This document shows positions 21,407-32,200 of a stretch of 64,000 bases of DNA, in pieces (within the stretch, counting starts at the first letter, position 1; each line of letters begins with the position of its first letter). The notes below the pieces were generated by a model that had not been told where the DNA came from, did no database searches, and saw nothing but the letters and a program-made list of their open reading frames with translations. The position numbers and the translations under genes are program-made. Source of the stretch: Chloropicon primus (taxonomy: Eukaryota); assembly GCA_023205875.1 (NCBI GenBank), contig CP060757.1:806001-870000 (forward strand). The letters are read 5' to 3'.

Positions 21407-21758
21407 CCCGCTCGACACTCGCCTCTTCCCACTGTCGCCGCAATCTCTCTCTCTCTCTCTCTGGCCCACTGTCGGCCCTCCAAAATAACGCTTGAGGTCG
21501 AGAGAGGAGGAGGAGAGGGGAGGGCGAGGAAACGGAAGCGAGGGGGGAGAGGAGGTAGGCTGGGGCAGGAGGAAGGGATTTGTTTCGGAAAGAAGGTCTC
21601 TCGCTCTTTCGAAAGAGCCGTCGCTCGAAGGAAACAACGCACTGGCGAGGATTGCAGGACGAGGGAAGTACGCTTGTGGCCCAGAGGGAGAGTGGCCTCT
21701 GCAGAGGGGTGGGGGACGAGGAGAAGGGACAGAGGGGGATCGACGCTGAAGCGGGAGG

Positions 21759-24700
21759 ATGTCGCTTCACGTGTTTGGGGAGTCGTTCAAGGACGAGCTC
21801 GTGGTGCGGGGAGGGCGGCAACTTGAGGCGGAGAGGCACCCGCTGTACAGGAGGCAGGCGAACCATGCTCCGCTTCGGGTCTCAAACCAGCAGGCCTTCA
21901 ACCGATTCATGCAGCAGTGCTACGAGGAGGCGGAGCGGAAGCTACGCCTGGAGGACGCGAGGGAGCGGGAGGTAGCGGCCCGGGAGGGGAGGCCCTACCG
22001 CAGCAGGGAGGAGAGGGAGAGGCTGAAGAAGGAGAAGGAGGAGAGGGAGAAACGGGAGAGCGAGGAGAGGAGGAGGAGGGGGGAGTCCGACGGGTCGGGC
22101 TTCAGACCGAAGGCCTTCGACGCCAACGTCTCGTACTACGAGACTTTGGGAATAGACGAGAACGCTTCGAGCAAAGAGATCAAGAGGGCGTACAAGAAGC
22201 TCGCGCTCAAGTACCACCCGGACAAGATGGCCGGGAAGAGCGAGGAGGAAGTCAGGGAGGCCGAGCAGATCTTCAAGGAGGCGATGGAGGCCTACGAGAT
22301 CTTGGCCGACGAGGACGTGAGGGAGAGCTACGACAAGGCTAGGGACGCGAAGAAGTACGGAAAGAACAGCCCGATGAACGATCCCCAGTTCGCCGAGAGC
22401 GTCGCCCGTCGCCGGGAGCAGGCGCGCCGGGACCGAGAGATGAGGATGAACACGAAGGAGGAAAGGATCGAAGTGATTGTGGTGGTGACCCTGGGCGATC
22501 TGCACTCCGGCTGCGTCAAAGAGATCCAGTACCAGAAGCGATACTTTGAGAAGAACGAATCTGGGGAGTTCACAAAGTACGAGCAGGTGAAGAAAGTCCT
22601 CGAGATCAAGAAGGGCTGGAATCCCTCGGACCCCCTCGTGTTGGACTCGGAAGGTCACCAGAGCAAAGAGTACCAAACGGGTGACGTGTACTGCCTCGTG
22701 CAGGAACAGGAGCACGAGCATTTCGAGCGCAGGGGCACCAAGGACTTGGCGCTAAAAGACCACCTGTGTCCGAAGTACGACGAGGGGGACATACTCAAGC
22801 TCGTGTCCGTGGAAACGCTCGAGGGTGTGACGAGGAACATCATTGTGAGTTACGTGCCTCTGCTTCTGAGCGGCGGGGGTGAAACGATGGTGAAGATGGC
22901 CTCGTGTGGAATGCCAGACCCGAAGGCCCCCTTCTTCGACCCTCCTGGCGACCTGTGGCTCAAGGTGAACGTTCCCGTCGGGAAAGTCTCCAAGTTTGAG
23001 CTGGCGAGAGACTTCCTCTGCCCAAGGAAGGTGTACATGGTTGGGAACGAACGAAGCCGCGTGCAAAGTGCTTTCACTGCGTTGAGAGTGTGCGGGGACT
23101 ACGCGAAGACCCTGGAAGCCAGCAAAAAGGTTGGAGTATGCATCTGCCTGGCGGATCGTACTACGCGAGGAGCAGACACCTTCATGTCAGCAGTTCGAAG
23201 CACCGTCGCGGGTTTCAAATGGCTTACTATTTTTGTCCCAGTCGGGGGTGTAGACGCATGCTACGACTCCCTTCCAGCATTGCTCGACGAAGAAGTCGTT
23301 GCTTTGGAAAGCGCTGACATCACCATCGTGGATCCTGGTGAAGCGGACTTTGCGATGACAAATTTGATTGCCCCTATAGATGAAGGGGAACCGAGCCCAA
23401 GTCCAAAGGAGCGGGAGGAGGAAGGGGAAGAAGTGGGCTCCACCATCGTCATGAGCTATGGGGTTGGCTCCTATGGTCAGCTGGCCTTGGGTGAAAGGGA
23501 CACGCAAAGTGACAACTTTAGGGAAGTGCGTATGAATGTGCAAGAATTGGGTGACGAGGAAGATTTCCAACCTGTTGGCGTCGCAGCTGGGGAGAGTCAT
23601 TCTGCAGTCTTGCTCAGCAACGGCGACGTCCTCACCTGTGGCATGGGGAACTTAGGGCAAACAGGACGGCCCGAGAGCAAAAGCACCTTTGAGCTTGCCC
23701 CAGTCTTGTGGGACGTGTTCACCGCCAAGCCCAAGATCGTCTCTGTCGCGTGCGGCGGGCGACACACACTTCTGGTGGACGAGCGGGGAAGTGTTTGGAG
23801 CTTCGGTTGCTCACGATATGGGCAGCTAGGACATGGTGACACCTATGACGTGAACGAACCTCAGCAAGTCTGGCCTGAGGATAATCTTCGCCGCTCTGGC
23901 TCGGACAAAGCCGTCGAGATCGCCGCGGGCGCATCGCATTCGATGATGCGTGACTCCAGAGGCCGAGTCTGGACATGGGGTCACAACAAGAAGGGGGAGC
24001 TCGGCGTAGGGGACTATCGGACGCGACTTGCTCCAGAATTGCTGGGTTTTTTTGGAAATGTCGCGGTGTCGTCTGTGTCTGCAGGGAAGGTGAACTCGGC
24101 GTTTGTAACTGACTCTGGGGAGGTGTTCACTTGTGGAAGTTCCACGAGTGATTTGCTCGGGTACGCAGCTTCTATCGACGTGTCAACGCCAAGGAGAGTT
24201 GAAAGTCTGAACTCGCCGACGGTCAGAGTCAGACTCCAAGAGTTTGCTGCGGTGTCTTGTGACAGCACGGGGAGAATGTTCGTGTGGGGTGCCCTTGGTG
24301 AAAAACGAGGATCGCCAACGACAACTCGGCTGAGGTACAAGGTCATCCACAAGAAGGTCGTCGTGCGATCGGGACCATCCACCTCGTCTCAAATCGCTGG
24401 TGTCAAGTACTTCGGCGACGTCATCGTTGCAGAGAAACGACACAATGGATGGATATGTCTTGCCGGCGAGAGCTACCCCAAAGGGCCACTCGCGAAAGGT
24501 AACTCTTTTTGGATGTTGATTGACGGATCCGACATGAACCTTGGTCTGCTTTTGCGTGACATCACAAACGATGGTGAGGGCCTGCCCGCGTCAGGGCCCC
24601 TGGGGCTGGCCCCACACTATGTTCCGTTCGACAAGAATGTCAAGGACGTCGCATGCCTTGGAAGGAACGTCGTGGCCTGCTGCGAAGAGGGAAGGGTGTG

Positions 24701-25697
24701 GAGCATTTCTCTTAAGGACGTTTTCAGCTGCAGCGGCGGCACGATCGTTCCTGCCGAGGAAATCACTTGTGTTGACCGTGTAAGCGCCTCTGCATCTGTT
24801 CTGTCTGGGAACACGACGCACTTGATGATAGTAAACGCATGGACCACGTCCTCAAGTTCCGAGGAAAGCACCGAGACTGACAACCTCGATTTGGCAGACC
24901 CTGGACACCCGGAGGTTGACGTCGTAGAAAGGGCTATCAGTGCCTTTCAGCAACACGATCTGTTCCGAATGCTTTGGAGAGCCTACCTGAGGGGATCGAT
25001 CGTGGCGACTCTCGGAGAAGCTTGTTCGCTCCTTGGTGTGAGCAAGGGGAACTGCAAGACTGACGATGACCCGTTTTGTGCCGTGATACCTCACGTGATA
25101 CGAAGATGCAAAGTCGGGGGGGATGGTGGAATGGGAAGGCTCCAGGAAGCCTTGAAGTCATTGGCACCGAACTTCGCGAAGAACATGCCGGCGCCTTACA
25201 ATGATGTGATGGGAGCAAGCTTCCCGAGAGATTCCGTGTTGGCGTGGGAAAAGGATCCAGAATTCATTGTCCCTGCCCCAGAAGCTTCCCTGAGGTCGCT
25301 CAACGAGTCGTCTGATCAATACCTGTCCGACCTGTGTCTGAGCAGCGGGGAGATAGGTGGAGGCGAGCTCTCCCCTCAGTGGACCCACCGAATGTCGCTG
25401 CACGCGATCGCAGAGGCAATGGCGAGAGCGGGGCAAAGGCTGAAGGTGAAAGAAGAACAGGAGGCGAATATGAAACTCATAAGGGAAGAGGAGTGCAAGG
25501 TCATGGGTGCAGTAATGCCGCAGGAAGAGAGGTCCAACTTTGACGTCTTTGGTTGCGAAAGGGGGGCCTGCGAGCATTGCCAAGAATGCCAGAAATACGC
25601 GCAGCCGTACCACCTGGGCCTCGCAAGTGGCAGCTATTGCTTCCTCTGCGCAAACTGCGGTTGTCCGCACTCTAAGCACGCCGAGGTGGTGCACTGA
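21759..25697 (+). CDS. 1312-aa multidomain protein: J-domain, DnaJ C-terminal domain, RCC1 repeats, SH3b-like insert, C-terminal Cys/His cluster
   Basis: [47 protein letters not shown]; repeated GxGxYGQL / VAAGESHS / VACGGRHT / [11 protein letters not shown]1 motifs; single long ORF. Confidence 0.88.
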   Translation: MSLHVFGESFKDELVVRGGRQLEAERHPLYRRQANHAPLRVSNQQAFNRFMQQCYEEAERKLRLEDAREREVAAREGRPYRSREERERLKKEKEEREKRESEERRRRGESDGSGFRPKAFDANVSYYETLGIDENASSKEIKRAYKKLALKYHPDKMAGKSEEEVREAEQIFKEAMEAYEILADEDVRESYDKARDAKKYGKNSPMNDPQFAESVARRREQARRDREMRMNTKEERIEVIVVVTLGDLHSGCVKEIQYQKRYFEKNESGEFTKYEQVKKVLEIKKGWNPSDPLVLDSEGHQSKEYQTGDVYCLVQEQEHEHFERRGTKDLALKDHLCPKYDEGDILKLVSVETLEGVTRNIIVSYVPLLLSGGGETMVKMASCGMPDPKAPFFDPPGDLWLKVNVPVGKVSKFELARDFLCPRKVYMVGNERSRVQSAFTALRVCGDYAKTLEASKKVGVCICLADRTTRGADTFMSAVRSTVAGFKWLTIFVPVGGVDACYDSLPALLDEEVVALESADITIVDPGEADFAMTNLIAPIDEGEPSPSPKEREEEGEEVGSTIVMSYGVGSYGQLALGERDTQSDNFREVRMNVQELGDEEDFQPVGVAAGESHSAVLLSNGDVLTCGMGNLGQTGRPESKSTFELAPVLWDVFTAKPKIVSVACGGRHTLLVDERGSVWSFGCSRYGQLGHGDTYDVNEPQQVWPEDNLRRSGSDKAVEIAAGASHSMMRDSRGRVWTWGHNKKGELGVGDYRTRLAPELLGFFGNVAVSSVSAGKVNSAFVTDSGEVFTCGSSTSDLLGYAASIDVSTPRRVESLNSPTVRVRLQEFAAVSCDSTGRMFVWGALGEKRGSPTTTRLRYKVIHKKVVVRSGPSTSSQIAGVKYFGDVIVAEKRHNGWICLAGESYPKGPLAKGNSFWMLIDGSDMNLGLLLRDITNDGEGLPASGPLGLAPHYVPFDKNVKDVACLGRNVVACCEEGRVWSISLKDVFSCSGGTIVPAEEITCVDRVSASASVLSGNTTHLMIVNAWTTSSSSEESTETDNLDLADPGHPEVDVVERAISAFQQHDLFRMLWRAYLRGSIVATLGEACSLLGVSKGNCKTDDDPFCAVIPHVIRRCKVGGDGGMGRLQEALKSLAPNFAKNMPAPYNDVMGASFPRDSVLAWEKDPEFIVPAPEASLRSLNESSDQYLSDLCLSSGEIGGGELSPQWTHRMSLHAIAEAMARAGQRLKVKEEQEANMKLIREEECKVMGAVMPQEERSNFDVFGCERGACEHCQECQKYAQPYHLGLASGSYCFLCANCGCPHSKHAEVVH

Positions 25698-25725
25698 GGG
25701 GAAAAGTTTTGTGTATTATACAAAT

Positions 25726-27903
25726 TTACTTTCTGTCCGCGTACCAAAAACTTGCGTACATGTTGACACGATCGATACACCCGTTGTATTCCTTGTCTGT
25801 GATCCTGTGGACGCAGTGACAATCAAATCCATGGGCAGAGAAGACCTTCACGTAGGGAGGGTTCAAGCTCGCCGATCTCCAAATGATTCGGCCTCCAGAG
25901 ACGACTTGCTTCTGGAGATTCGCGGCAAGCTCCTCGACAAGCTGGTCGTTCAGCCAGTCGACGTGGTCCATCAAGACGACCTTGGTATACTTGCGAAGCG
26001 CAAGGACAGACCCAAAGTAGTCCGTGTGAACTGAGATGTTGTTCACCAAGCCATCCTTCAGCTTCTTGAAGCAGCTCTCCGTCAAGTATTCCGGGCAGGA
26101 CTCCTTGGTGAAGGATCCCGTCATGCAGACCCTGTAAAAGTAGTTGTCGTTGCTCATCAGAGTTTGCATTGCTGCCCCGTGCAAGGTCGCTCCAGCGTAC
26201 TCGCACATTCCCCTTCCGTCAGACCCGATGAGGTTGTACTGCTTGGGTGGAACCCCGAGACCGAGCCAGCACACCACCTTGTTGAGGACCAGGAGCGTGA
26301 GAATGTGCTGAATGAAAGAAAAGACCAGAGCGGGCATGTACAGGAAGACCTTGACGAACCAGAAGCTGGTCCAGATGTCCCTCTGCTCCTCGATCGTCTT
26401 GGCTGTGGTGAACTTGAGAATCTTCTTCCTGAACCCAAAGATGACCTGCATCCAGTACACCGCCAACAGAACCTTGCCCATGGCACCGTGGTAGTACAGA
26501 CCATCCTTGAAGTAGTGGAGCTTCTTGCTCCAGAAGTTCAAGGAGCCCTGGCTCAGCCACGGGGCAAGCTTGGACTCGAATATCTCTCCGATGTTCTCGT
26601 GCTTTCCCTCGCCGAACATTTTCCAGACGTCCTCGTACTCGAGCCTCTTGATCGCCTGGACTTTCAGCTCACACAGGGCAGACTGCGCAGGGTTCAAGTC
26701 CACGGACGCGACGTGCTTCGCGCCATGAGCAGCGAGGTGGAGGGTGTTGCACCCTCCGCTGGTCAGGGTCAGGACCACGTCCTCTGGCCCAATGTTCAAG
26801 ATAGGCTTGTCCACGATGGGGTCCTCCCAGTTGACGGAGTAGATGAAAGTCGGTGGGAACGACATGGGCCTGCTTCGCTTGGCCTCGGCCTCGGCCTTCT
26901 CCACGTTGACGTCCGTTGGGGGGACGCCCACCCAAGTGTAGTAGGGGGCCTTGATGAAGGGGATGTAAGGGATGGTGCCCGAGGAGTTGTACTCGAAGAC
27001 CCGGACGAGCCTGTGGTCCAGGTACTGGCGCCTCTCCGGCCCCAAATCCACGTTGTCAATGTCGAAGATGGACTTCCACAGGAACCTGTTGAAGTAGCTC
27101 ATCTGCCTGTGTGGGAAGTCGAACTTGGAGGAGACGTAGAAGTCAGCGACCCCCACGACGCCCATCTCTGGGTTGAGGTAGCTGAACATCTTGTCGATGA
27201 CCGTGAAAGGGTCCCTCATCATGGACAGGGAGTAGCTGAACGTGACCAGGTCCGCCTCCGCCTCCTTCGGGTCGAAGCTGCAGGCGTCCTTCTCCACCAC
27301 GTGGACGTTGTCCCACCCGTTCTCCTTCACCTTCTGCCTCGCGATGTCGCACAGGGAGGAGCAAAGATCGACCACGTAGATCGCTTTGAAGCACTTGAGC
27401 GGGATGTACTTGGACATCAGGGACACGTTCTCTGCCGTCCCCCCGCCGAGGTCCACCCACACGAGCTCTCCGAGGCGGCTCTGCCTCCTGCTCTCATAGT
27501 TGTCCGTCAGCCTCTCCGCGCACGCGGCCAGCATTGGCTTCCTTCCCCACAGGAAGCCCTGGGCCCTCATGCGGTCGTACACCTTGGCCTGAGGGGCGTA
27601 CACGTTCTCCAAGTACGACTTGTGGTCCGGCATCGACCGCCGAGTGTTCAGGCGGAGCTTCACCCAGATGGTCTTCATCCACGGCGCCAGGTCCTCCCTC
27701 AGCCGCTTCCCGTTGTTCAGCAGCTGGATGCTCTTCCTCGACACCGTCCTCTTCAGGCGTCTGATGTTCCCGAACTTCTTCTTCTCGGCCTTGTTGCTCG
27801 AAGAGTGGTGGTGGAGCTTCTGGCTGTGACTCGAAGCCTTCTTCCCCCCCCTGCGGTGGTGCACCTTCGTGCCCCCGTACTCCTTCGTCTCCTCGAAGCT
27901 CAT
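25726..27903 (-). CDS. BTA1: Betaine lipid (DGTS) synthase, BtaB+BtaA fusion
   Basis: N-terminal SAM methyltransferase (WVDLGGGT, TFSYSLSM) followed by a BtaA-like domain (FIYSVNWEDP, LTLTSGGCN, VDLNPAQ, LMDHVDW, DRVNMYASF). Confidence 0.93.
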   Translation of the reverse strand: MSFEETKEYGGTKVHHRRGGKKASSHSQKLHHHSSSNKAEKKKFGNIRRLKRTVSRKSIQLLNNGKRLREDLAPWMKTIWVKLRLNTRRSMPDHKSYLENVYAPQAKVYDRMRAQGFLWGRKPMLAACAERLTDNYESRRQSRLGELVWVDLGGGTAENVSLMSKYIPLKCFKAIYVVDLCSSLCDIARQKVKENGWDNVHVVEKDACSFDPKEAEADLVTFSYSLSMMRDPFTVIDKMFSYLNPEMGVVGVADFYVSSKFDFPHRQMSYFNRFLWKSIFDIDNVDLGPERRQYLDHRLVRVFEYNSSGTIPYIPFIKAPYYTWVGVPPTDVNVEKAEAEAKRSRPMSFPPTFIYSVNWEDPIVDKPILNIGPEDVVLTLTSGGCNTLHLAAHGAKHVASVDLNPAQSALCELKVQAIKRLEYEDVWKMFGEGKHENIGEIFESKLAPWLSQGSLNFWSKKLHYFKDGLYYHGAMGKVLLAVYWMQVIFGFRKKILKFTTAKTIEEQRDIWTSFWFVKVFLYMPALVFSFIQHILTLLVLNKVVCWLGLGVPPKQYNLIGSDGRGMCEYAGATLHGAAMQTLMSNDNYFYRVCMTGSFTKESCPEYLTESCFKKLKDGLVNNISVHTDYFGSVLALRKYTKVVLMDHVDWLNDQLVEELAANLQKQVVSGGRIIWRSASLNPPYVKVFSAHGFDCHCVHRITDKEYNGCIDRVNMYASFWYADRK

Positions 27904-28643
27904 CACGACCGACAAAGACTCCGCACCGTACGTCTCACCCTAGGTCTCTCTCTCACCCTAGATCTCTCTCTCCGTCAGGCCCAACCCGAATCCAAAACCA
28001 CGGAGCACTCACGACAGTCTCCGTCCCCTCGACGAGACCACCCGCACTTTCTTCTCGCGAAGCGAACAAAGCGACCGCGACACCGACACGACACACGACA
28101 CCACAACGACCGCTCTCTACCACACGCGCCCGATCGTATCATTGGCGGCCTTGCCTCCCGCCAGAAGAATAAAAAAATCTTCAGGTTTTCCAAGAGGCGG
28201 GAACTTTTCCAGGGGATCGTGCCGGTTCCTCTCTCTCTCTCTCTCTCTCTCTCTCAAGGCGCTCGAGAGGAAGCCGCTTGGGTTGGGAAAAGACTCCGAG
28301 GGGTTCGGGTTGAATAGAGGAAACCTCTGGAGGCTTAGAAGTGGGCCCGTCAGTACGAACGCTTGACGGGAGAAGGGAGAGGAACACTCTCGGCTCGCTC
28401 GCTCGCTCGCTCGCTCTGTGTGTCGCCTTGGCTTGGGGTGCCTTTGTCGGTGGCGGAGGCGTGTTGGATCGGCGTGGGCGTGTCGAGGGGTCGCTGTGCC
28501 GACGCTCGGGGGACTCGGTGCTGCGTGTGTCAAACTCGCTCGAGCGAAGTCTCGTGGGAAATAGACCGACCGACGAGCTCAGCTCCAAAGGGATAGTTTC
28601 GGGTGGGGGTCCGATGGTGCGGGGGTGGGCCTCGTCGCCGTCG

Positions 28644-28994
28644 ATGGCGAGGTCCGTGGCGGTCCTCGCGGTGGCCCTGCTCCTGGTGGCCTGCGAGACC
28701 GCCGTGCCGGTGGAAGCCAAGGGGAAGGGAAGCAAGGGGAAGCGGAAAACTCACCTCGGCGGGGTCGATAAGGAGTACTACAAGCTCAGGGACGAGTGCA
28801 CGGGGGGGTGCACGGGGGGCAGCGACGTGCAGAAGGAGAACTGCGTCTTGCTGTGCGTCAGCCCGGAGTGCTACGAGAAGATCTACGGGTCGGATCCCTT
28901 GGAGGAGGGCGAGTTGGACACCACCCGAGGAAGGCTCTTCAGGACCTGCGTGAGGACCAAGGACAAGAGGAAAGCGACGCAGCAGGAGCTGTGA
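28644..28994 (+). CDS. Small secreted Cys-rich protein, DUF4787-like
   Basis: Signal peptide, then ENCVLLCVSPECYEKIYGSDPLEEGELD..R..FRTC. Confidence 0.75.
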   Translation: MARSVAVLAVALLLVACETAVPVEAKGKGSKGKRKTHLGGVDKEYYKLRDECTGGCTGGSDVQKENCVLLCVSPECYEKIYGSDPLEEGELDTTRGRLFRTCVRTKDKRKATQQEL

Positions 28995-29287
28995 CGTGCG
29001 CAAGGGGGTGGAGTCGTATTGGCGGAGGGCTTGGTCCGGAGGAAACCACCGCTTCGGGGAAGACCCCCGCGCTCGCTCGGCTCGGGGGTCTCTCCCACTC
29101 TGTAAAACATGACACATGCCATGCATTTCGTCCAAGAATTCTTTCTCGTGCGCGCGAGGACTTCACACGCATTTGAACCCTTACGCCTCCGCCCCAGCCC
29201 CCCCCTCTCTCTGCATTCGACCCCCCTCTGACGTTTCTCCCTCCCTCCCTTCCTCCCTCCCTTCCCTCCCTCCTCCGATCGTCATGC

Positions 29288-32200
29288 ATGCTACTGATGG
29301 GGAACAGGGGCCACAGACAGTCTCTCACCATGACGGGCGTGCGAGCTCCGCGGTTGGGTCCGCACCCCAAGCACGCGGCGGCGGGGAGGAAGGTGTCGTT
29401 GGTGCGGCGGCGGCGGAATGTCGTGGCGACGCGGCGGCAGTGGCTCGTGGTGGCTTCCTCCTCGCGCGGTGGAGAGCGCGACGGGGGGGAGAGTTGGGAG
29501 GAGGAGCCCACGACATCAACATCATCATCATCATCATCATCATCTCCATCATCACCGTCATCATCTTCGTACGGGAGGGCGCGGGGGGGGCTGCCGTCCC
29601 TGCCCGTGAGGGACTTCGGCTCCTCGAGCGAGACGTCGGAGGGGAACGGGTCCAACGGGGCGAACGACCTGAGGAGGGCGTTCAAGGGGACGCGCAAGTT
29701 CTTGTTCAGCAAAATGTACGAGGGAGGTGGCACGGGGGAGGAGACCGAGGGGGGGAAGGAGGGGGAGGAGACCGAGGGGGGGAAGGAGGGGGAGGAGGGG
29801 GACCTCCCGAGGAAGGTTGAGGGCGGGAAGTTCAACTGGATGGTGGGGGGTCTGGGCGGCACGCTCGCGGTGGTCGGGGTGACGGTGTCCCTCTTCACCG
29901 CGGTGTGCAACGGGTGGGCAAGGCCGCTGGTGAACCGCGCGATTCTGCCCGTGGTCTGCGAGCAGCTCTCCGTGGCGACGGGAAGGGACGTTAACGTGGA
30001 GGAGATCACCTGGATTCAGCCGCTGGGCCTCCTGGGCCTGTGCTCCCTCGTGACCGCCGGCCCGATCGAAATCGGGCCGCAGAACAACCTGATGACGACG
30101 ACGAACGAGAACGGGGTGGAGGAACAAGTCGCGGGCGAGCAGAGCTCTTTGTACTGCGAGGAGGTGAAGATCGGCGTCCGGTTCCTTCAGTCGATCTTGA
30201 GGTGGCAGTGCCTGCTGGACATCAAGGTGAACTCTGCTTTCGCAAAGGTCGTGCAGGGAGAAAACTTGTCTTGGTTCGGGTACCCCCTGGACACGGAGCC
30301 CACCTCGAGGAACTTTCTTCCGGGGTTGAACAACGTGAAGGTCTTGAACAGGCTGAGCAACAACACGGAAATCCAGTCCTCCATCGCGGACGAGCTCCTG
30401 GACGAGAAAGTGAGCGCGCTGGACCCGAGCGAGTCCGAGCTGATCGCAAAGGCCGCGGCGTACATTTTGTCCAGGCAGTTCTCTCCCCCACCCATCACGC
30501 TCAGCAGGCTCTCGGTGAAGAACTGCAACGCCGATATCCAGATTCCTGGCGAGGAAGGCGTGAGAAAGCTGGAGGACCTGTCGGCCCAGGTGAACGCCGG
30601 CCGCGACTACAACACCTTTGACATCACGGCCGCGGCAACCACGGTGGAGAGGTCGGCGGCAGCGGGGAAGTGCACGATGGGGTGGCAAACGGACGCGCCG
30701 AGGAGGAATATGAGGGGGCTCACCTTTGCGGAGGGCAGCATCAATGACATTCTGAACCAAGGTGATGGCAAGACGAGCTACGTGAACATGGGATCCACTC
30801 CGAAGCCGGTGCTGGAGCGGGGGGGCGGGGTAGAGAAGGGGGCCAGCGCGCAAGCCTCTACCGCGTCGACGTCGAGCGTGGCGAGTCAGCAGAGCCCTAC
30901 CAAAGGGAAAGGGAAGAACAACATGTATCGATCTCTGTTCAAGAAGAAGGGCCCAAGCAAGGGCAGAATCGAGTGTGTCATAAAGGGAAGGAACATGAGT
31001 GACCCGGACACGAAGAAACAGATGGACATTCTTCTGAAAGGGAAGGACTTTCACGCTCCTCTTCTGGAAAGAGTCTTTGACTTCCCCGTGGACATCAACA
31101 AAGGGATTCTGAACGGAGAAGTGAGGCTCAGGTTTCACGACCACAAGTCTTGGACCCGGTACCCTGACTTCACTGGAAGGGTCAACTGCAACAAGGCTAA
31201 CTTTCACATCTGGGATGCACCAGACGATTTTGAGGACGTGAACATGGACCTGCTTTTTGAGAACGACCGCATGCACTTTCATAACGCGACTGGCTACTAC
31301 GGTGCCATTCCAGTCACTGCGGTGGGGGACATGAGTCTTGACCCTGACGGCGACATCAGAATTGTCGCCCACAGCGATGGGGTGGAGGTAAATGCGTTGA
31401 GGGAGACGCTAGCAGCAAAGCCACTGCCATACTCAGCGGCCGGTACCATATCTGGAACGCTGCACGTGACTGGCCAGAGTGAGAGGCCTGTGTTCTCCGG
31501 GACGGCTGTCGCGACGTATCCAAAAGGGGATGAGCCGGCCGATTCGCCGAGAACTGTGGCGGAGGAGGCGCTGAGGGAGACTGGTGGGGTGGCAGCCTAT
31601 GACAAAGTTCCATTTGAATCTGCGTCTTCCGTCTTTACTTTTGATACGAAGAGTCAAATGCTGCACTTGCATCACTTCGACGCAGAGACTGTGGGCGGAG
31701 GTAAAATCACAGGTTCGGGGAGGGTATGGTGTCAACCCGGGAAAGAAGAGGAACCAGATTCGCTTGAATTCCGCTTCAAGGGGAAAGACTTGCCTGCCGA
31801 CCAAATCTTGAAGAAATATGTCCCGAACAACATTCAAGTTCCCTCTGCACTTGTGGTCGGGCCAACAAATGTAGAGGGCTTCATCAAGGGCGCACAGATG
31901 AGCCCAACTGTAAAGGTCAGCTGGAATTCACCTGAAGCAGAAGCAAGTGGAAGTGTCAAGATCACGAGGCCTGCGGCCTATGTTGAGCTCCATGCTCCAT
32001 CCATCGATGCCGAAGCCGTCCTTGATACCAAGTATCAACCCAAGGAAGTCATTCTGGCAGCTGTGACCCAAGACGAGGCGACGGCGGCTTCAAAGCCAGT
32101 CGTGGAAGGCGCAGAATTGAAATGCAAGCTGAATGGCTTGGACATCATGCCCCTCGTCAACGACTCCTATGTCATTGATAGGATGACATCGAGCCAGCCC

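Noticed and set aside
26164..28317. 717-aa + strand ORF
   Set aside because: Antisense shadow of BTA1. The same applies to 4078-5502, 18094-19605, 29561-31372, 35579-37726 and 52901-54370.
29734..29800. 27-nt tandem repeat (and the CAT run at ~29520)
   Set aside because: In-frame low-complexity expansions in the TIC236 N-terminus; no spacers, not CRISPR.
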